In this document: piece by piece, positions 53,627 to 61,853 of the stretch
Numbering within the stretch: the first letter of the stretch is position 1
How the letters are laid out: each line of letters begins with the position of its first letter
IMG/VR virus record: IMGVR_UViG_3300021400_000026
Length of the DNA stretch: 64,000 nt
Source: a virus
Direction: 5' to 3' (one strand)
Made by a program: the position numbers and the translations under genes
The notes under the pieces: generated by a model
Database searches by the model: none
Seen by the model: only the letters and a program-made list of their open reading frames with translations
Told to the model about the DNA's origin: nothing

Positions 53627-54249
53627 TACTCTACGGTCCAGTTGGTGTTACTTGTCACGTTGAACGATGCCGTCTTGCCCTGTGTGGCTGCATCCCAGTC
53701 GAGGTTGACGGTGGCCGGATCTACCTCCAATGTCGCGTCACCAGCTGCCTGCGTGATGGTACAGGTGGCGGAGTGTCCTGCCGCATCGGTCACGATGAGC
53801 TGTGCCGTGCGCTCAGTTACCACGGGATTCTTCGATATGCTGGCGAACTGAATGCTGAACGGGAACTCCTGCCCTGCTCCCGGGTCGCCTGCAATGGCCG
53901 CGCCGTTGTTCGTCTGTAGGGAGTTGGCCAGATAGGTGGCGGGAATTGTCAGCGGTAACGAACCGCCGGAAGCGAGGGCGAAGGTCAGCTTCGATGAGTT
54001 ACTGACGCCTTCGATAGTGAGTACCGTCACACCGTCCTTTGAGACGGCTGCTGCACTCTGAATGGTTACAAACTCAGGCTTGCCAGCCTGAATGACCGTG
54101 CGCACCACGTCGGCCACGTTCGCTGCCTTGAAGGCAATCTGTGTCTGTCGTGGACTGCGCCCGGTGTTATTGCTCACGGCGGTCACATCTACGGTGTCAT
54201 TGCCTGAGCCTGATGTCTTGCTTGGTAAAAGCCAATTTGCGTATGCCAT
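53626..54249 (-). CDS. BACON/Ig-like repeat protein
   Basis: 207 aa with two domains (...SGSGNDTVDVTAVSNNTGRSPRQTQIAF...; ...WDAATQGKTASFNVTSNTNWTV). Confidence 0.55.
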   Translation of the reverse strand: MAYANWLLPSKTSGSGNDTVDVTAVSNNTGRSPRQTQIAFKAANVADVVRTVIQAGKPEFVTIQSAAAVSKDGVTVLTIEGVSNSSKLTFALASGGSLPLTIPATYLANSLQTNNGAAIAGDPGAGQEFPFSIQFASISKNPVVTERTAQLIVTDAAGHSATCTITQAAGDATLEVDPATVNLDWDAATQGKTASFNVTSNTNWTVE

Positions 54250-54268
54250 ATCTTTGTGGTTTTAATGA

Positions 54269-54514
54269 TTATTCGATTCGCCAGTCAAGCGTTGTTATTA
54301 TCTCGTACCGCACCACATTGCCAGGCGTGACCCACTGAAGCGTCTGCGCCTTCTCGGGTGTGACCCTGATTGGCTTGTAGAGATTGCGACGCTCATCAAG
54401 TTGCGCGTTGACATAAATGCCGTTCGGTACGCTCCACGTTCGCGGATGTGCCTGGCATGTCAGCAGCCTAATGCCGCTATGAACTGAACCTGTGATGAGT
54501 CTTGCGCTGTTCAT
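54269..54514 (-). CDS. hypothetical protein
   Basis: 81-aa track ORF. Confidence 0.55.
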   Translation of the reverse strand: MNSARLITGSVHSGIRLLTCQAHPRTWSVPNGIYVNAQLDERRNLYKPIRVTPEKAQTLQWVTPGNVVRYEIITTLDWRIE

Positions 54515-55140
54515 CCTCGAATGGTGATGTGTGGGTTAATGCGAACAACTGACTTGCGGAACCCGCTGGGGAAGTCTTTATCTGGAATCTGGAACGTCAC
54601 CTTTACCATGAGCGTGCCAATGCCATAGTCGTCGGTGTTGATGATAACCACGTAGTCGCCTTCGTCGGTCAGTATGCACTCCGTCTTCTTGAACGTCTTC
54701 CTCTTGTCCTTGGCGTCGGCATTGACCACTTCCACGGTGAAGTCCACATCTTGCATGGTGAGGTCGTCCGGCAGTTCCGACGTGATGAGTATCTTCTCTT
54801 GCGAGCCGAGCGTGACGGTCTGCTGCCTAATCCCGCAAGGCTCAGAAGTCAGCCGCATGTACGGCTTGATGAGCATGTCGAAAGCGTAAGGCACACTACT
54901 CAGGTTCTGAGCCGACGAAGGCTCACGGTGCTGGTACGATTGTCCCACCAGCAGCATAGCGGCCTGAACCAGCGGGGCCGGCACTTCGCCGTAACTTTCC
55001 AGCAGATCATGGTAGTTGCGGTTCAGCAGGTTCAGCAAGGTGTCCTCTGCGGCCTTGCCATACTCGTCGAGTAAGGTGTCCTCTTCGCTCCAGTCTATAC
55101 GAAGCTGCTGCTTGATGTAATCCAATGTGAGAAATTTCAT
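54511..55140 (-). CDS. head-tail connector (gp6-like)
   Basis: Trimmed to MKFLTLDYIKQQLRID...; the N-terminal pattern fits the gp6-like connector family. Confidence 0.6.
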   Translation of the reverse strand: MKFLTLDYIKQQLRIDWSEEDTLLDEYGKAAEDTLLNLLNRNYHDLLESYGEVPAPLVQAAMLLVGQSYQHREPSSAQNLSSVPYAFDMLIKPYMRLTSEPCGIRQQTVTLGSQEKILITSELPDDLTMQDVDFTVEVVNADAKDKRKTFKKTECILTDEGDYVVIINTDDYGIGTLMVKVTFQIPDKDFPSGFRKSVVRINPHITIRG

Positions 55141-55213
55141 ATTTCTGCCTTTTTTACTTAGCGGCAGAAATACGTCTTGGGGTTTACCGCCTGCCGACAA
55201 CTGGGGCAAGCGC

Positions 55214-55239
55214 AAAAAAATGGGCGACCGCTGTCGCCC
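55214..55239 (-). terminator. intrinsic terminator
   Basis: On the minus strand, GGGCGAC-agcg-GTCGCCC followed by ATTTTTTT. Confidence 0.7.
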
Positions 55240-55324
55240 TACACTCTTTTACTAAATGAATAACTAACTACTAAAACAATTAATGATTTTATGAAAAAAC
55301 TACTGACTTTTGCCCGTCGCGGGT

Positions 55325-55768
55325 TTATCGTTTTAAAAGATTGTCGATAACTTGTCTGCGGTTTCGCCCATAAGGTGGAGCGACATACGAGACGTGAATC
55401 CAGTACGTGCCGTTGCGGTCGTGCTCCCAGATGAGTTGGTCGAAGTTCAAATGCGTCTTGATCCAGTCAAACCACTTGCGGCCTTTCTTCATATCGCCGT
55501 CGATGCAAAGGTCTGCCGCCTGCCCTTTCGTGTGCTGACTGTTCGAGACACCGCCAACGGCTCTGTTCAGCCGCTCGCAACGGTAGCCGCTGCTGATCCT
55601 GATGGGCTCGTTCATCGCCTCGCGGAGCGGTTCAAGCACGTAGGCAGCGAGATACACCAGACAGATGATTTGCTGTACGTTCGGTTTGTTGTCAATTCCC
55701 TTCGCCTTGGCGGTCGCGCTGGCGTAGAGCTCTTCAATCGTAAAGTGCATGGTTACGGGTGTGGACAT
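55325..55768 (-). CDS. peptidase M15 endolysin
   Basis: Contains SGYRCERLNRAVGGVSNSQHTKGQAADL. Confidence 0.85.
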   Translation of the reverse strand: MSTPVTMHFTIEELYASATAKAKGIDNKPNVQQIICLVYLAAYVLEPLREAMNEPIRISSGYRCERLNRAVGGVSNSQHTKGQAADLCIDGDMKKGRKWFDWIKTHLNFDQLIWEHDRNGTYWIHVSYVAPPYGRNRRQVIDNLLKR

Positions 55769-55821
55769 ATATTTATGTTCTTATTATCCAAAAACGTTAT
55801 TCTGTTACTATGTCTTTTTAT

Positions 55822-56397
55822 CTAAATCTCATTATCAGGCTCGATGTCATGCTGCTTCGCCTCTGGGCGGATGGTGTTCTCAATCTCCCCGCTTGGCGAG
55901 ATGGTTACGGGTACACGGATGGCGCAGCCGTTCCGTCCACACAGGAAAGGGCGCATAAAGGCAACCATTCGGCTGTTACGTGCCACCTCGAACTGCAAGT
56001 CCCTCATCGCCTTCTCCAGCTTGTCCTGACGTTTGCGCAGGTCGTCACGCTCCTGGCGTAAGTGTTGGCGGTCTTCTTTCAGCTCGGCGATGTACTGCTT
56101 CTGCTCGTCGTTGTACTGCTGTTGCGTTTCGAGGTTCGCCTTCAGGTCGGCTGTCAGCTGCTGATAACTGTCCTGAATCTCCTTTGTCAACTGGGCGTTG
56201 GCCTGCATCGCCTCGAACTTTGCCTTTTCCGCCTCGGCTTCTGCTGCCTTGGCTTCCGACTTGGCCTTCTTTCGCTGGTATCTCCATGTGAAGAATGCCC
56301 CGCCACCGCCACCCAGTAGAAGGGTCACGATAGCAATGATGTTGTCGATAGATAGGATGTCTGTCATTTCTTGATGATTTATAAACTTACAAATCAT
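55822..56397 (-). CDS. membrane-anchored coiled-coil lysis-associated protein (holin/spanin-like)
   Basis: An N-terminal TM followed by a long coiled coil. Directly upstream of the endolysin. Confidence 0.5.
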   Translation of the reverse strand: MICKFINHQEMTDILSIDNIIAIVTLLLGGGGGAFFTWRYQRKKAKSEAKAAEAEAEKAKFEAMQANAQLTKEIQDSYQQLTADLKANLETQQQYNDEQKQYIAELKEDRQHLRQERDDLRKRQDKLEKAMRDLQFEVARNSRMVAFMRPFLCGRNGCAIRVPVTISPSGEIENTIRPEAKQHDIEPDNEI

Positions 56398-56432
56398 GAG
56401 AAACGACGCTATGGGTTTACTCTGTGCTTTTC

Positions 56433-56483
56433 AAAAAAAATCCCCGAAGGCAAGAAAATGAAGTATTCGAACTGCCTTCGGGG
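56433..56483 (-). terminator. intrinsic terminator
   Basis: On the minus strand, CCCCGAAGGCA-20 nt-TGCCTTCGGGG followed by ATTTTTTTT. Confidence 0.75.
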
Positions 56484-56487
56484 TGCT

Positions 56488-56554
56488 CTCAATCAAGTGG
56501 ACAGGTCGCGTGATTCGCTAAACGATTGATCATGGACCTGTCCACTTGATTGAG
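56488..56554. repeat. long hairpin with conserved loop (copy 1)
   Basis: CTCAATCAAGTGGACAGG ... CCTGTCCACTTGATTGAG. The loop starts TCGCGTGATTCGCT, as in copy 2. Confidence 0.8.
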
Positions 56555-56555
56555 T

Positions 56556-56891
56556 TTATTTAAATAGTTGTGTAAAATATTCCATATTGACGGCCTTGCG
56601 AAGCAGGAATGGAATCTTCAGGCGCATGATGTTTTCAAGGTCTGTGGTGTCAGCATCGCCTTCATTCCAATGTTCCAACTCCTTGCGGACACGCTTCATG
56701 AGATATTCCGTAAGCAGTTCACTCTTTTGGTTGATGTTGCGGTCGATGTCCGTCTTTGCGATTTCGATGGGGAAAACCATATGCGCATATCGCTCATACC
56801 TGCCTACCTTGAAGCCTACGCCAATGGCCGCGTTGGTCATTTCGGTGTCTACCGTCTTAGCCACGCAGCCTATTATCTTTGCTTTTCTCAT
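56556..56891 (-). CDS. hypothetical protein
   Basis: 111 aa with the catagtt start context. Confidence 0.65.
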   Translation of the reverse strand: MRKAKIIGCVAKTVDTEMTNAAIGVGFKVGRYERYAHMVFPIEIAKTDIDRNINQKSELLTEYLMKRVRKELEHWNEGDADTTDLENIMRLKIPFLLRKAVNMEYFTQLFK

Positions 56892-56922
56892 AGTTCCTTT
56901 TATTTAATTCAAAAATCAATAG

Positions 56923-57111
56923 TTAATAATCAAAGCATCCGCTTTTTTCTGCATTACTGAGTAATTCATTGGCGATGTTGTTAGCATCTTCTGCCAGTTG
57001 TTTCTGAGCGGTTCGGTTGCCAATAATGCCGTCCGACTGCTCATCGTAGCACTTCACGAGTGCTGCACCGATATGTATCAGTGCTTCCTTCATAAATAAT
57101 GTCTTTTCCAT
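56923..57111 (-). CDS. hypothetical protein
   Basis: 62-aa track ORF. Confidence 0.5.
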   Translation of the reverse strand: MEKTLFMKEALIHIGAALVKCYDEQSDGIIGNRTAQKQLAEDANNIANELLSNAEKSGCFDY

Positions 57112-57217
57112 AATTCCTTTTTAATACTTTATAAACAAAGTGAGCAACCGATTTGTTCAGTTGCTCACTTCATTGGGTTAATGTTCTCTCGATGTCTTTA
57201 CGATGTCAGCCTTAATT

Positions 57218-57631
57218 TTATATAATACCAGATTGCTTCATGCGTCGGTATAATGTCCTTTCAGAAACGCTCATTATTTTTTCGAGTTCATTCTTTTCGT
57301 ACTCTAATATAGGCAACCTATGCTCTTCTTCTTCGATGTATTCCTCGATGGTTTCTTCCTTTGAGGTCGGTACCGGCTTTGGTGTCAGGCGTTTCAACGG
57401 TGCCAGGTCTGTGAGTCCTGGGTCGATGATGTCAACAGTCATGCCGAGTGCTTCGGCTATCTGCTGGATGGTGACGTAGGCCACGCTCACCAGTTTGCCC
57501 TTCTCGATGCGCCCGATGTGCTGGCGGGTCAGTCCGGCACGGTCAGCCAGTTCCTGTTGGCTGATGCCCTCCAGTTTGCGCAGGGCAGTGATACGCTGCC
57601 CCATGCGCTGTGCTGCTTGTTCTTTACTCAT
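57218..57631 (-). CDS. XRE-family HTH regulator with C-terminal extension
   Basis: Contains ISQQELADRAGLTRQHIGRIEKG and the shared ALGMTVDIIDPGLTDLAPLKRLT. Confidence 0.8.
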   Translation of the reverse strand: MSKEQAAQRMGQRITALRKLEGISQQELADRAGLTRQHIGRIEKGKLVSVAYVTIQQIAEALGMTVDIIDPGLTDLAPLKRLTPKPVPTSKEETIEEYIEEEEHRLPILEYEKNELEKIMSVSERTLYRRMKQSGII

Positions 57632-57945
57632 AGTTCTAATACGATGATGTTACCTTTCATTTCGGGTTTGTTCTCCAGTAGGATGTCCGTGTATATCTTG
57701 CACTGCTCACGGGTGCCTTCAAAGAGTGATTCCTGTGTCGAGCCGTTCACTATCGGATAGACGGCCATATAACCGAGCCTGCGGTGCTCGTCGCTTATCA
57801 TGTCCTTGACCTTTGCCAGCATATCGTGGAACGTCTGCCACTCGTCAGCGTTCTTCACGCTTTCCTTGCAACAATCCAGCAGCGAGTCACGTAGCGTCGT
57901 GAGCCGGTCGAGCTTGCTTATGTTCTTTATATTTGTCATAGCCAT
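57628..57945 (-). CDS. hypothetical protein
   Basis: Trimmed to MAMTNIKNI. Confidence 0.55.
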   Translation of the reverse strand: MAMTNIKNISKLDRLTTLRDSLLDCCKESVKNADEWQTFHDMLAKVKDMISDEHRRLGYMAVYPIVNGSTQESLFEGTREQCKIYTDILLENKPEMKGNIIVLEL

Positions 57946-57947
57946 TA

Positions 57948-58214
57948 TCAGACAGATTGTTTGTTTACCGCTTCCAATTTTGCCTGCCATGCGCTGGCTG
58001 CTTCACCAACCTTTACGAGTTGGCATCCGTCAGCGTCAGTTTCGCGTCCCAATCGCTTATATTCACGTTGAATCACATCAAGACACGCTTGCATCTGTGC
58101 CTCAGTGCCTACAGAGGCACCCTTTAGATTTTTCACCCAATTACGGGTATTCCCGTTCTGCCTGATTTTCATGTAACGTCCATCAGCTCTCTTGATTGAA
58201 AAATAAGTATTCAT
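57948..58214 (-). CDS. hypothetical protein
   Basis: 88-aa track ORF. Confidence 0.6.
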   Translation of the reverse strand: MNTYFSIKRADGRYMKIRQNGNTRNWVKNLKGASVGTEAQMQACLDVIQREYKRLGRETDADGCQLVKVGEAASAWQAKLEAVNKQSV

Positions 58215-58232
58215 AGTTCCTTATGCTTTTAG

Positions 58233-58517
58233 TTATAATTGTTCAACCTTTGAACCTTCAACCCATTCACTATCAAAGCGGTTGTCTTGATCAATCATTT
58301 CTTCAGTCGGTACACCGCTGAATGTCTCAGTATTCGGGTCGATGAAGTGAGGCACCACGTTCCAACGGGTAGTGATTTCGTCAAACATCGTCTTGGCACT
58401 CATGTTCTGCTTGCAGAAGTAGAAATTCAAAAAGTTATGGATAGCGTTTGCTGTATCTTCGTTGATGTCTTCATTGAAGGTTACCTTGTAGCCATTTTCA
58501 AGATCAATCTGTTTCAT
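58233..58517 (-). CDS. hypothetical protein
   Basis: 94-aa track ORF. Confidence 0.6.
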   Translation of the reverse strand: MKQIDLENGYKVTFNEDINEDTANAIHNFLNFYFCKQNMSAKTMFDEITTRWNVVPHFIDPNTETFSGVPTEEMIDQDNRFDSEWVEGSKVEQL

Positions 58518-58575
58518 AATCTCTCTGCCCTTCCGGGTCTTGGGGTTTAATTTGTTATTTGTTTCTTTTTCTGAT

Positions 58576-58584
58576 GCAAAGATA
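58576..58584 (-). promoter_or_regulatory. -7 promoter box (TATCTTTGC)
   Basis: Same GATGCAAAGATACGA context as at 10166. Confidence 0.45.
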
Positions 58585-58717
58585 CGACAATTATTCTAAA
58601 TGCACAAGTTTTTGTGCATTTATTTTGCGTTTAAGCATACCTTTTTATGCTTTTTCTTGCCATTTTGCATAAGATGACACCAAATTGTAACCTTAAATAT
58701 TACAAAACAGCCCCCCA

Positions 58718-58780
58718 AATCAAGGGGACAGGTCGCGTGATTCGCTCGAAATGAGCAATCATGAACCTGTCCCCTTGATT
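58718..58780. repeat. long hairpin with conserved loop (copy 2)
   Basis: AAATCAAGGGGACAGG ... CCTGTCCCCTTGATT. The right arm encodes the C-terminus of 58759..58947. Confidence 0.8.
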
Positions 58781-58947
58781 CTCCTTATGTTCTTATTATC
58801 TAAAAATTTTTGTGCCATACGTTGCAATTCCTCACATGTCATACTGCTTATCTTTTCTAAGTCGAGACCTTCTGATTCCGTAAATTGATCAAACTCGTCT
58901 CTCGATTTGAATGGCAGTATGCAATATTGTTTATTCATCATTTTCAT
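58759..58947 (-). CDS. hypothetical protein
   Basis: 62-aa track ORF. Confidence 0.5.
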   Translation of the reverse strand: MKMMNKQYCILPFKSRDEFDQFTESEGLDLEKISSMTCEELQRMAQKFLDNKNIRRIKGTGS

Positions 58948-58975
58948 TATCTTATGTTCTTATTATCTTAAAACA

Positions 58976-59383
58976 TCATCTTACCGGCAGAAATTTCTTC
59001 AGCTTCCACGCCACGATGACGATGACCACCATCAGTGCGATAATACCGATCCAAATCAGCACCTTCTGCCACCACCCCAGCGGCTTCTCCACATACTCCG
59101 TCACTGGGTAAGGCTGCGGAATGGTGTCGCGCACAGACTGGTAGAGCGTGTCGTGAACCTCGCGCTCCACAAACTTCGTGTGCCACTTCTCTATGCGGAT
59201 GGTGTCGCCATTCTCACTCATGCGGATTGAGTCGTGCAACCATATCGAGTCGCGCTGGTGCTTCGCCACATACGTCGTGTCGTGCGTCACCCGCTCCACC
59301 GTGATATACTCGGTTTTCGTGCATCCGCACACCACCGCCGTCACCACCACCGCAAAAAACATATTTATTGTCTTTGACCTCAT
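58976..59383 (-). CDS. lipoprotein with C-terminal TM (unimolecular-spanin-like topology)
   Basis: Signal peptide plus lipobox VVCGC. C-terminal TM LIWIGIIALMVVIVIVAW. Confidence 0.5.
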   Translation of the reverse strand: MRSKTINMFFAVVVTAVVCGCTKTEYITVERVTHDTTYVAKHQRDSIWLHDSIRMSENGDTIRIEKWHTKFVEREVHDTLYQSVRDTIPQPYPVTEYVEKPLGWWQKVLIWIGIIALMVVIVIVAWKLKKFLPVR

Positions 59384-59396
59384 AATCTTTTGTTCT

Positions 59397-59546
59397 TTAA
59401 ATACTAAATTTGAATCTTAACGAACTAAATAGCCAATGAAATGCTATAAAATAAGTTCTTTCATTTGATAGTTTAATACTATAAAAAGAGATTGTTGGTA
59501 TAATTATAAACAGAGGTTTCCAATTATCGTATTTAATATTATCCAT
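59397..59546 (-). CDS. possible 49-aa peptide
   Basis: Unlisted ORF MDNIKYDNWKPLFIIIPTISFYS...FHWLF... Resembles 60062..60235. Confidence 0.3.
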   Translation of the reverse strand: MDNIKYDNWKPLFIIIPTISFYSIKLSNERTYFIAFHWLFSSLRFKFSI

Positions 59547-59593
59547 ACTCTTTTGTCCTTTTGTTCTTATTATCTAAAAAAAACGTTATTATG

Positions 59594-60049
59594 TTACTCT
59601 GTCTTTCCATCCGCCCACGACAACCCATGCTTTGCCAGCAGATCGTCGAGGCACTCCATCGACTTCTTTCCTGAATCACGGAATTTCAGCCAGTCCATCC
59701 TACTGAGCTTCGTTAGGTCGCGCAGCGTCTCGATACCCTCACGTTTGCAGATTTTGTAAGCACGAATACTTAAGTCAGCCTTGCACTCCTCGATGGTCAT
59801 ATCCAGAAACGGATTGCAAACCGTCTCATCCTGTTCCTCGTCCTGAACCTCGTCAATATACAAGCCGATACGGTCAGGCCGCGTGCCGTCGATCACTCTG
59901 AGGCGCACTGTGTAAGTGTATTCCTCCTCATTATCATCCCCGTAGTGCAGCACCACCATGTCGCCAACGGCTGGCACCACACCACTCCAGTTCGGCCACT
60001 GCTTGATAAACTCGCCCGTGTCGTTCTTATAAAAGCTAATCTGTGTCAT
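59594..60049 (-). CDS. protein with RpoA alpha-CTD-like domain
   Basis: LSIRAYKICKREGIETLRDLTKLSRMDWLKFRDSGKKSMECLDDLLAKHGL fits the alpha-CTD helix-hairpin-helix pattern. Confidence 0.6.
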   Translation of the reverse strand: MTQISFYKNDTGEFIKQWPNWSGVVPAVGDMVVLHYGDDNEEEYTYTVRLRVIDGTRPDRIGLYIDEVQDEEQDETVCNPFLDMTIEECKADLSIRAYKICKREGIETLRDLTKLSRMDWLKFRDSGKKSMECLDDLLAKHGLSWADGKTE

Positions 60050-60061
60050 AGTTCCTTTGTT

Positions 60062-60235
60062 TTATAATTCAAATGCAACACTATACTGCCAGAACAGCCA
60101 ACTGACGGCCATATACACATGCTCACTGCTCCACCCAATCTCTATAGATGGAAGGATGAAAAACAATCGCCCGTCGCGCTTGTTTCCGAAAAAACTCAAA
60201 TATTCGGTATACATATTTCCCCATTTCTTGATCAT
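60062..60235 (-). CDS. possible 57-aa peptide
   Basis: Unlisted ORF with the catagtt start context: MIKKWGNMYTEYLSFFGNKRDGRLFFILPSIEIGWSSEHVYMAVSWLFWQYSVAFEL. Confidence 0.35.
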   Translation of the reverse strand: MIKKWGNMYTEYLSFFGNKRDGRLFFILPSIEIGWSSEHVYMAVSWLFWQYSVAFEL

Positions 60236-60330
60236 AGTTCTTGATGTTTTAATTTATTACTTAAACTGCCTTGCTTGCAGTTTCCTTTTGATTGCCCCGA
60301 CCTGTCCCATTGATTGTGTGATGGGTAGGG

Positions 60331-60855
60331 TTACAATTTCGATTTTGTATAACTCCATCCCATTTTCTTAGACAGAGTTTGCCATTGTATATGAGTCGCT
60401 TCGTCCATACTGACATTTTTCCCTGACTTAACAAGTTTGTCTATTTTCTTTATTGCCGATTCACTTGTTTTGTTATTGATGTCGTGAAGTTGCGATGCTT
60501 TTATTCCCCATCCTTTTTGTGGTCGTTTCAAAGAATAGACGATTCCACTCTGGGTGATAACGTGCATTTCGGACTGATTGGTTGATATTGCGGTTTCAAT
60601 ATCCCCATAAGAAAAAGTCGAACTTCCGGGATGATTGTGAACAGTTACACGATTTGCCGCCAAAGCGTCATCAAATTCCACATGCTTATCATCACCGTCA
60701 GCACGAAAAACTTCTTTTCCGTTCTTATCGAAAATAGAAACATGTTCATCGTAGCTGTTTTGTATTTCTTTCATTCGAGCTGACAAAGCCCTTTCAAGTC
60801 CACGTGAACCACTTCCCATGCCTCCGGCTGCTCCGCCTCCTGCTCTACCTCCCAT
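60331..60855 (-). CDS. hypothetical protein with JAB/RadC-like H-x-H...S-x-x-D motif
   Basis: VHNHPGSSTFSYGD, with one residue less spacing than canonical JAMM. Gly-rich N-terminus. Confidence 0.4.
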   Translation of the reverse strand: MGGRAGGGAAGGMGSGSRGLERALSARMKEIQNSYDEHVSIFDKNGKEVFRADGDDKHVEFDDALAANRVTVHNHPGSSTFSYGDIETAISTNQSEMHVITQSGIVYSLKRPQKGWGIKASQLHDINNKTSESAIKKIDKLVKSGKNVSMDEATHIQWQTLSKKMGWSYTKSKL

Positions 60856-60956
60856 ATCTATATACTTTTAATTGATTAAACTTACTACAATACGGCTGCA
60901 AAACCGCTGAGGGTTTACCATCCGTGTAATCCGTGTAATCCGTGTTTGTTTTTGGT

Positions 60957-61505
60957 TTACTTAAACTGTCTTGCTTGCATCTTGCGCTTGATGGCTTCGG
61001 CACGGAGGCGTTCCATGCCCTGCTGGAACTTCGCCACGGCCTTGTCGCGGTATTCGTGCAGGGGGTTGAGGGTGGGCATCATGGTGCCGTCCCGGCGGGG
61101 AATCGTAAAAGTGTCCTGATAGCCGGGCTGGTTCATTTGTTCGGTCAGGCGGTCGATGAACGTTTTCTGCTGGGCGAGTTCGTCGAGGTCGAGGGCGAGG
61201 GAGTCGGTCCAGAGGTTGTCGGCCTGGAGGGTGCGGCGTATCTGGTCGCGGTTCTGCTCGGTCTGCTGGCGGCGGCGGTCGGCTTCCTCGGCCTCGGTCT
61301 TGGGGTCGCGCTGCTGCTGCATCTGGAGGTTGAGCACGAAGGCGACGGCTTGCAGATCACCACTGAGAGCCTTTTGTACGATGGTCATGCCGATGGCGGC
61401 TTCGGATGTAACGATGTTGCCGTCTTCGTCGGTCATGTACTCCTGGGTGCCCTTGCGCTTCACGGGGGCAGAGAGTTGCTTGATGATGGTGTCCTTTAAG
61501 TCCAT
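60957..61505 (-). CDS. terminase-small-subunit-like protein
   Basis: 182 aa. N-terminal HTH-like GMTIVQKALSGDLQAVAFVLN, coiled-coil middle, C-terminus ...NPLHEYRDKAV... No terL follows. Confidence 0.4.
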   Translation of the reverse strand: MDLKDTIIKQLSAPVKRKGTQEYMTDEDGNIVTSEAAIGMTIVQKALSGDLQAVAFVLNLQMQQQRDPKTEAEEADRRRQQTEQNRDQIRRTLQADNLWTDSLALDLDELAQQKTFIDRLTEQMNQPGYQDTFTIPRRDGTMMPTLNPLHEYRDKAVAKFQQGMERLRAEAIKRKMQARQFK

Positions 61506-61515
61506 AGTTCGCTTG

Positions 61516-61559
61516 ATAAAAATGATAAGAGAGGCCGCTGCGTTGCGGTCTCTCTTATC
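61516..61559 (-). terminator. intrinsic terminator
   Basis: On the minus strand, GATAAGAGAGACCGC-6 nt-GCGGCCTCTCTTATC followed by ATTTTTAT. Confidence 0.7.
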
Positions 61560-61580
61560 GGTGGGGATGGTGGCGGGGGT

Positions 61581-61853
61581 TTACTCCGTCAGACGTTTCA
61601 GCAGTGCGAGGTCTTGCAAGGCTGGGTCGATGATGTCAACCGTCATGCCGAGGGCTTCGGCGATGGCTTGCAGCGTCTCGATGTTCAGCGAGTATCTGCC
61701 TTTCTCTATCCGCGATATGTGGGTACGTTGCAACCCTGCTTTCTCCGACAACTGCTCTTGGCTCAGTCCGGCATTCTTGCGCAATGCTGCGACACGCATT
61801 CCGATGCGCTGGCGTACTTCTTTGCGCTTCACGTTTTTTTCTTCTGTCTCCAT
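61581..61853 (-). CDS. XRE-family HTH regulator
   Basis: Contains LSQEQLSEKAGLQRTHISRIEKG. The 3' ~100 nt are nearly identical to 8719..8820. Confidence 0.85.
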   Translation of the reverse strand: METEEKNVKRKEVRQRIGMRVAALRKNAGLSQEQLSEKAGLQRTHISRIEKGRYSLNIETLQAIAEALGMTVDIIDPALQDLALLKRLTE

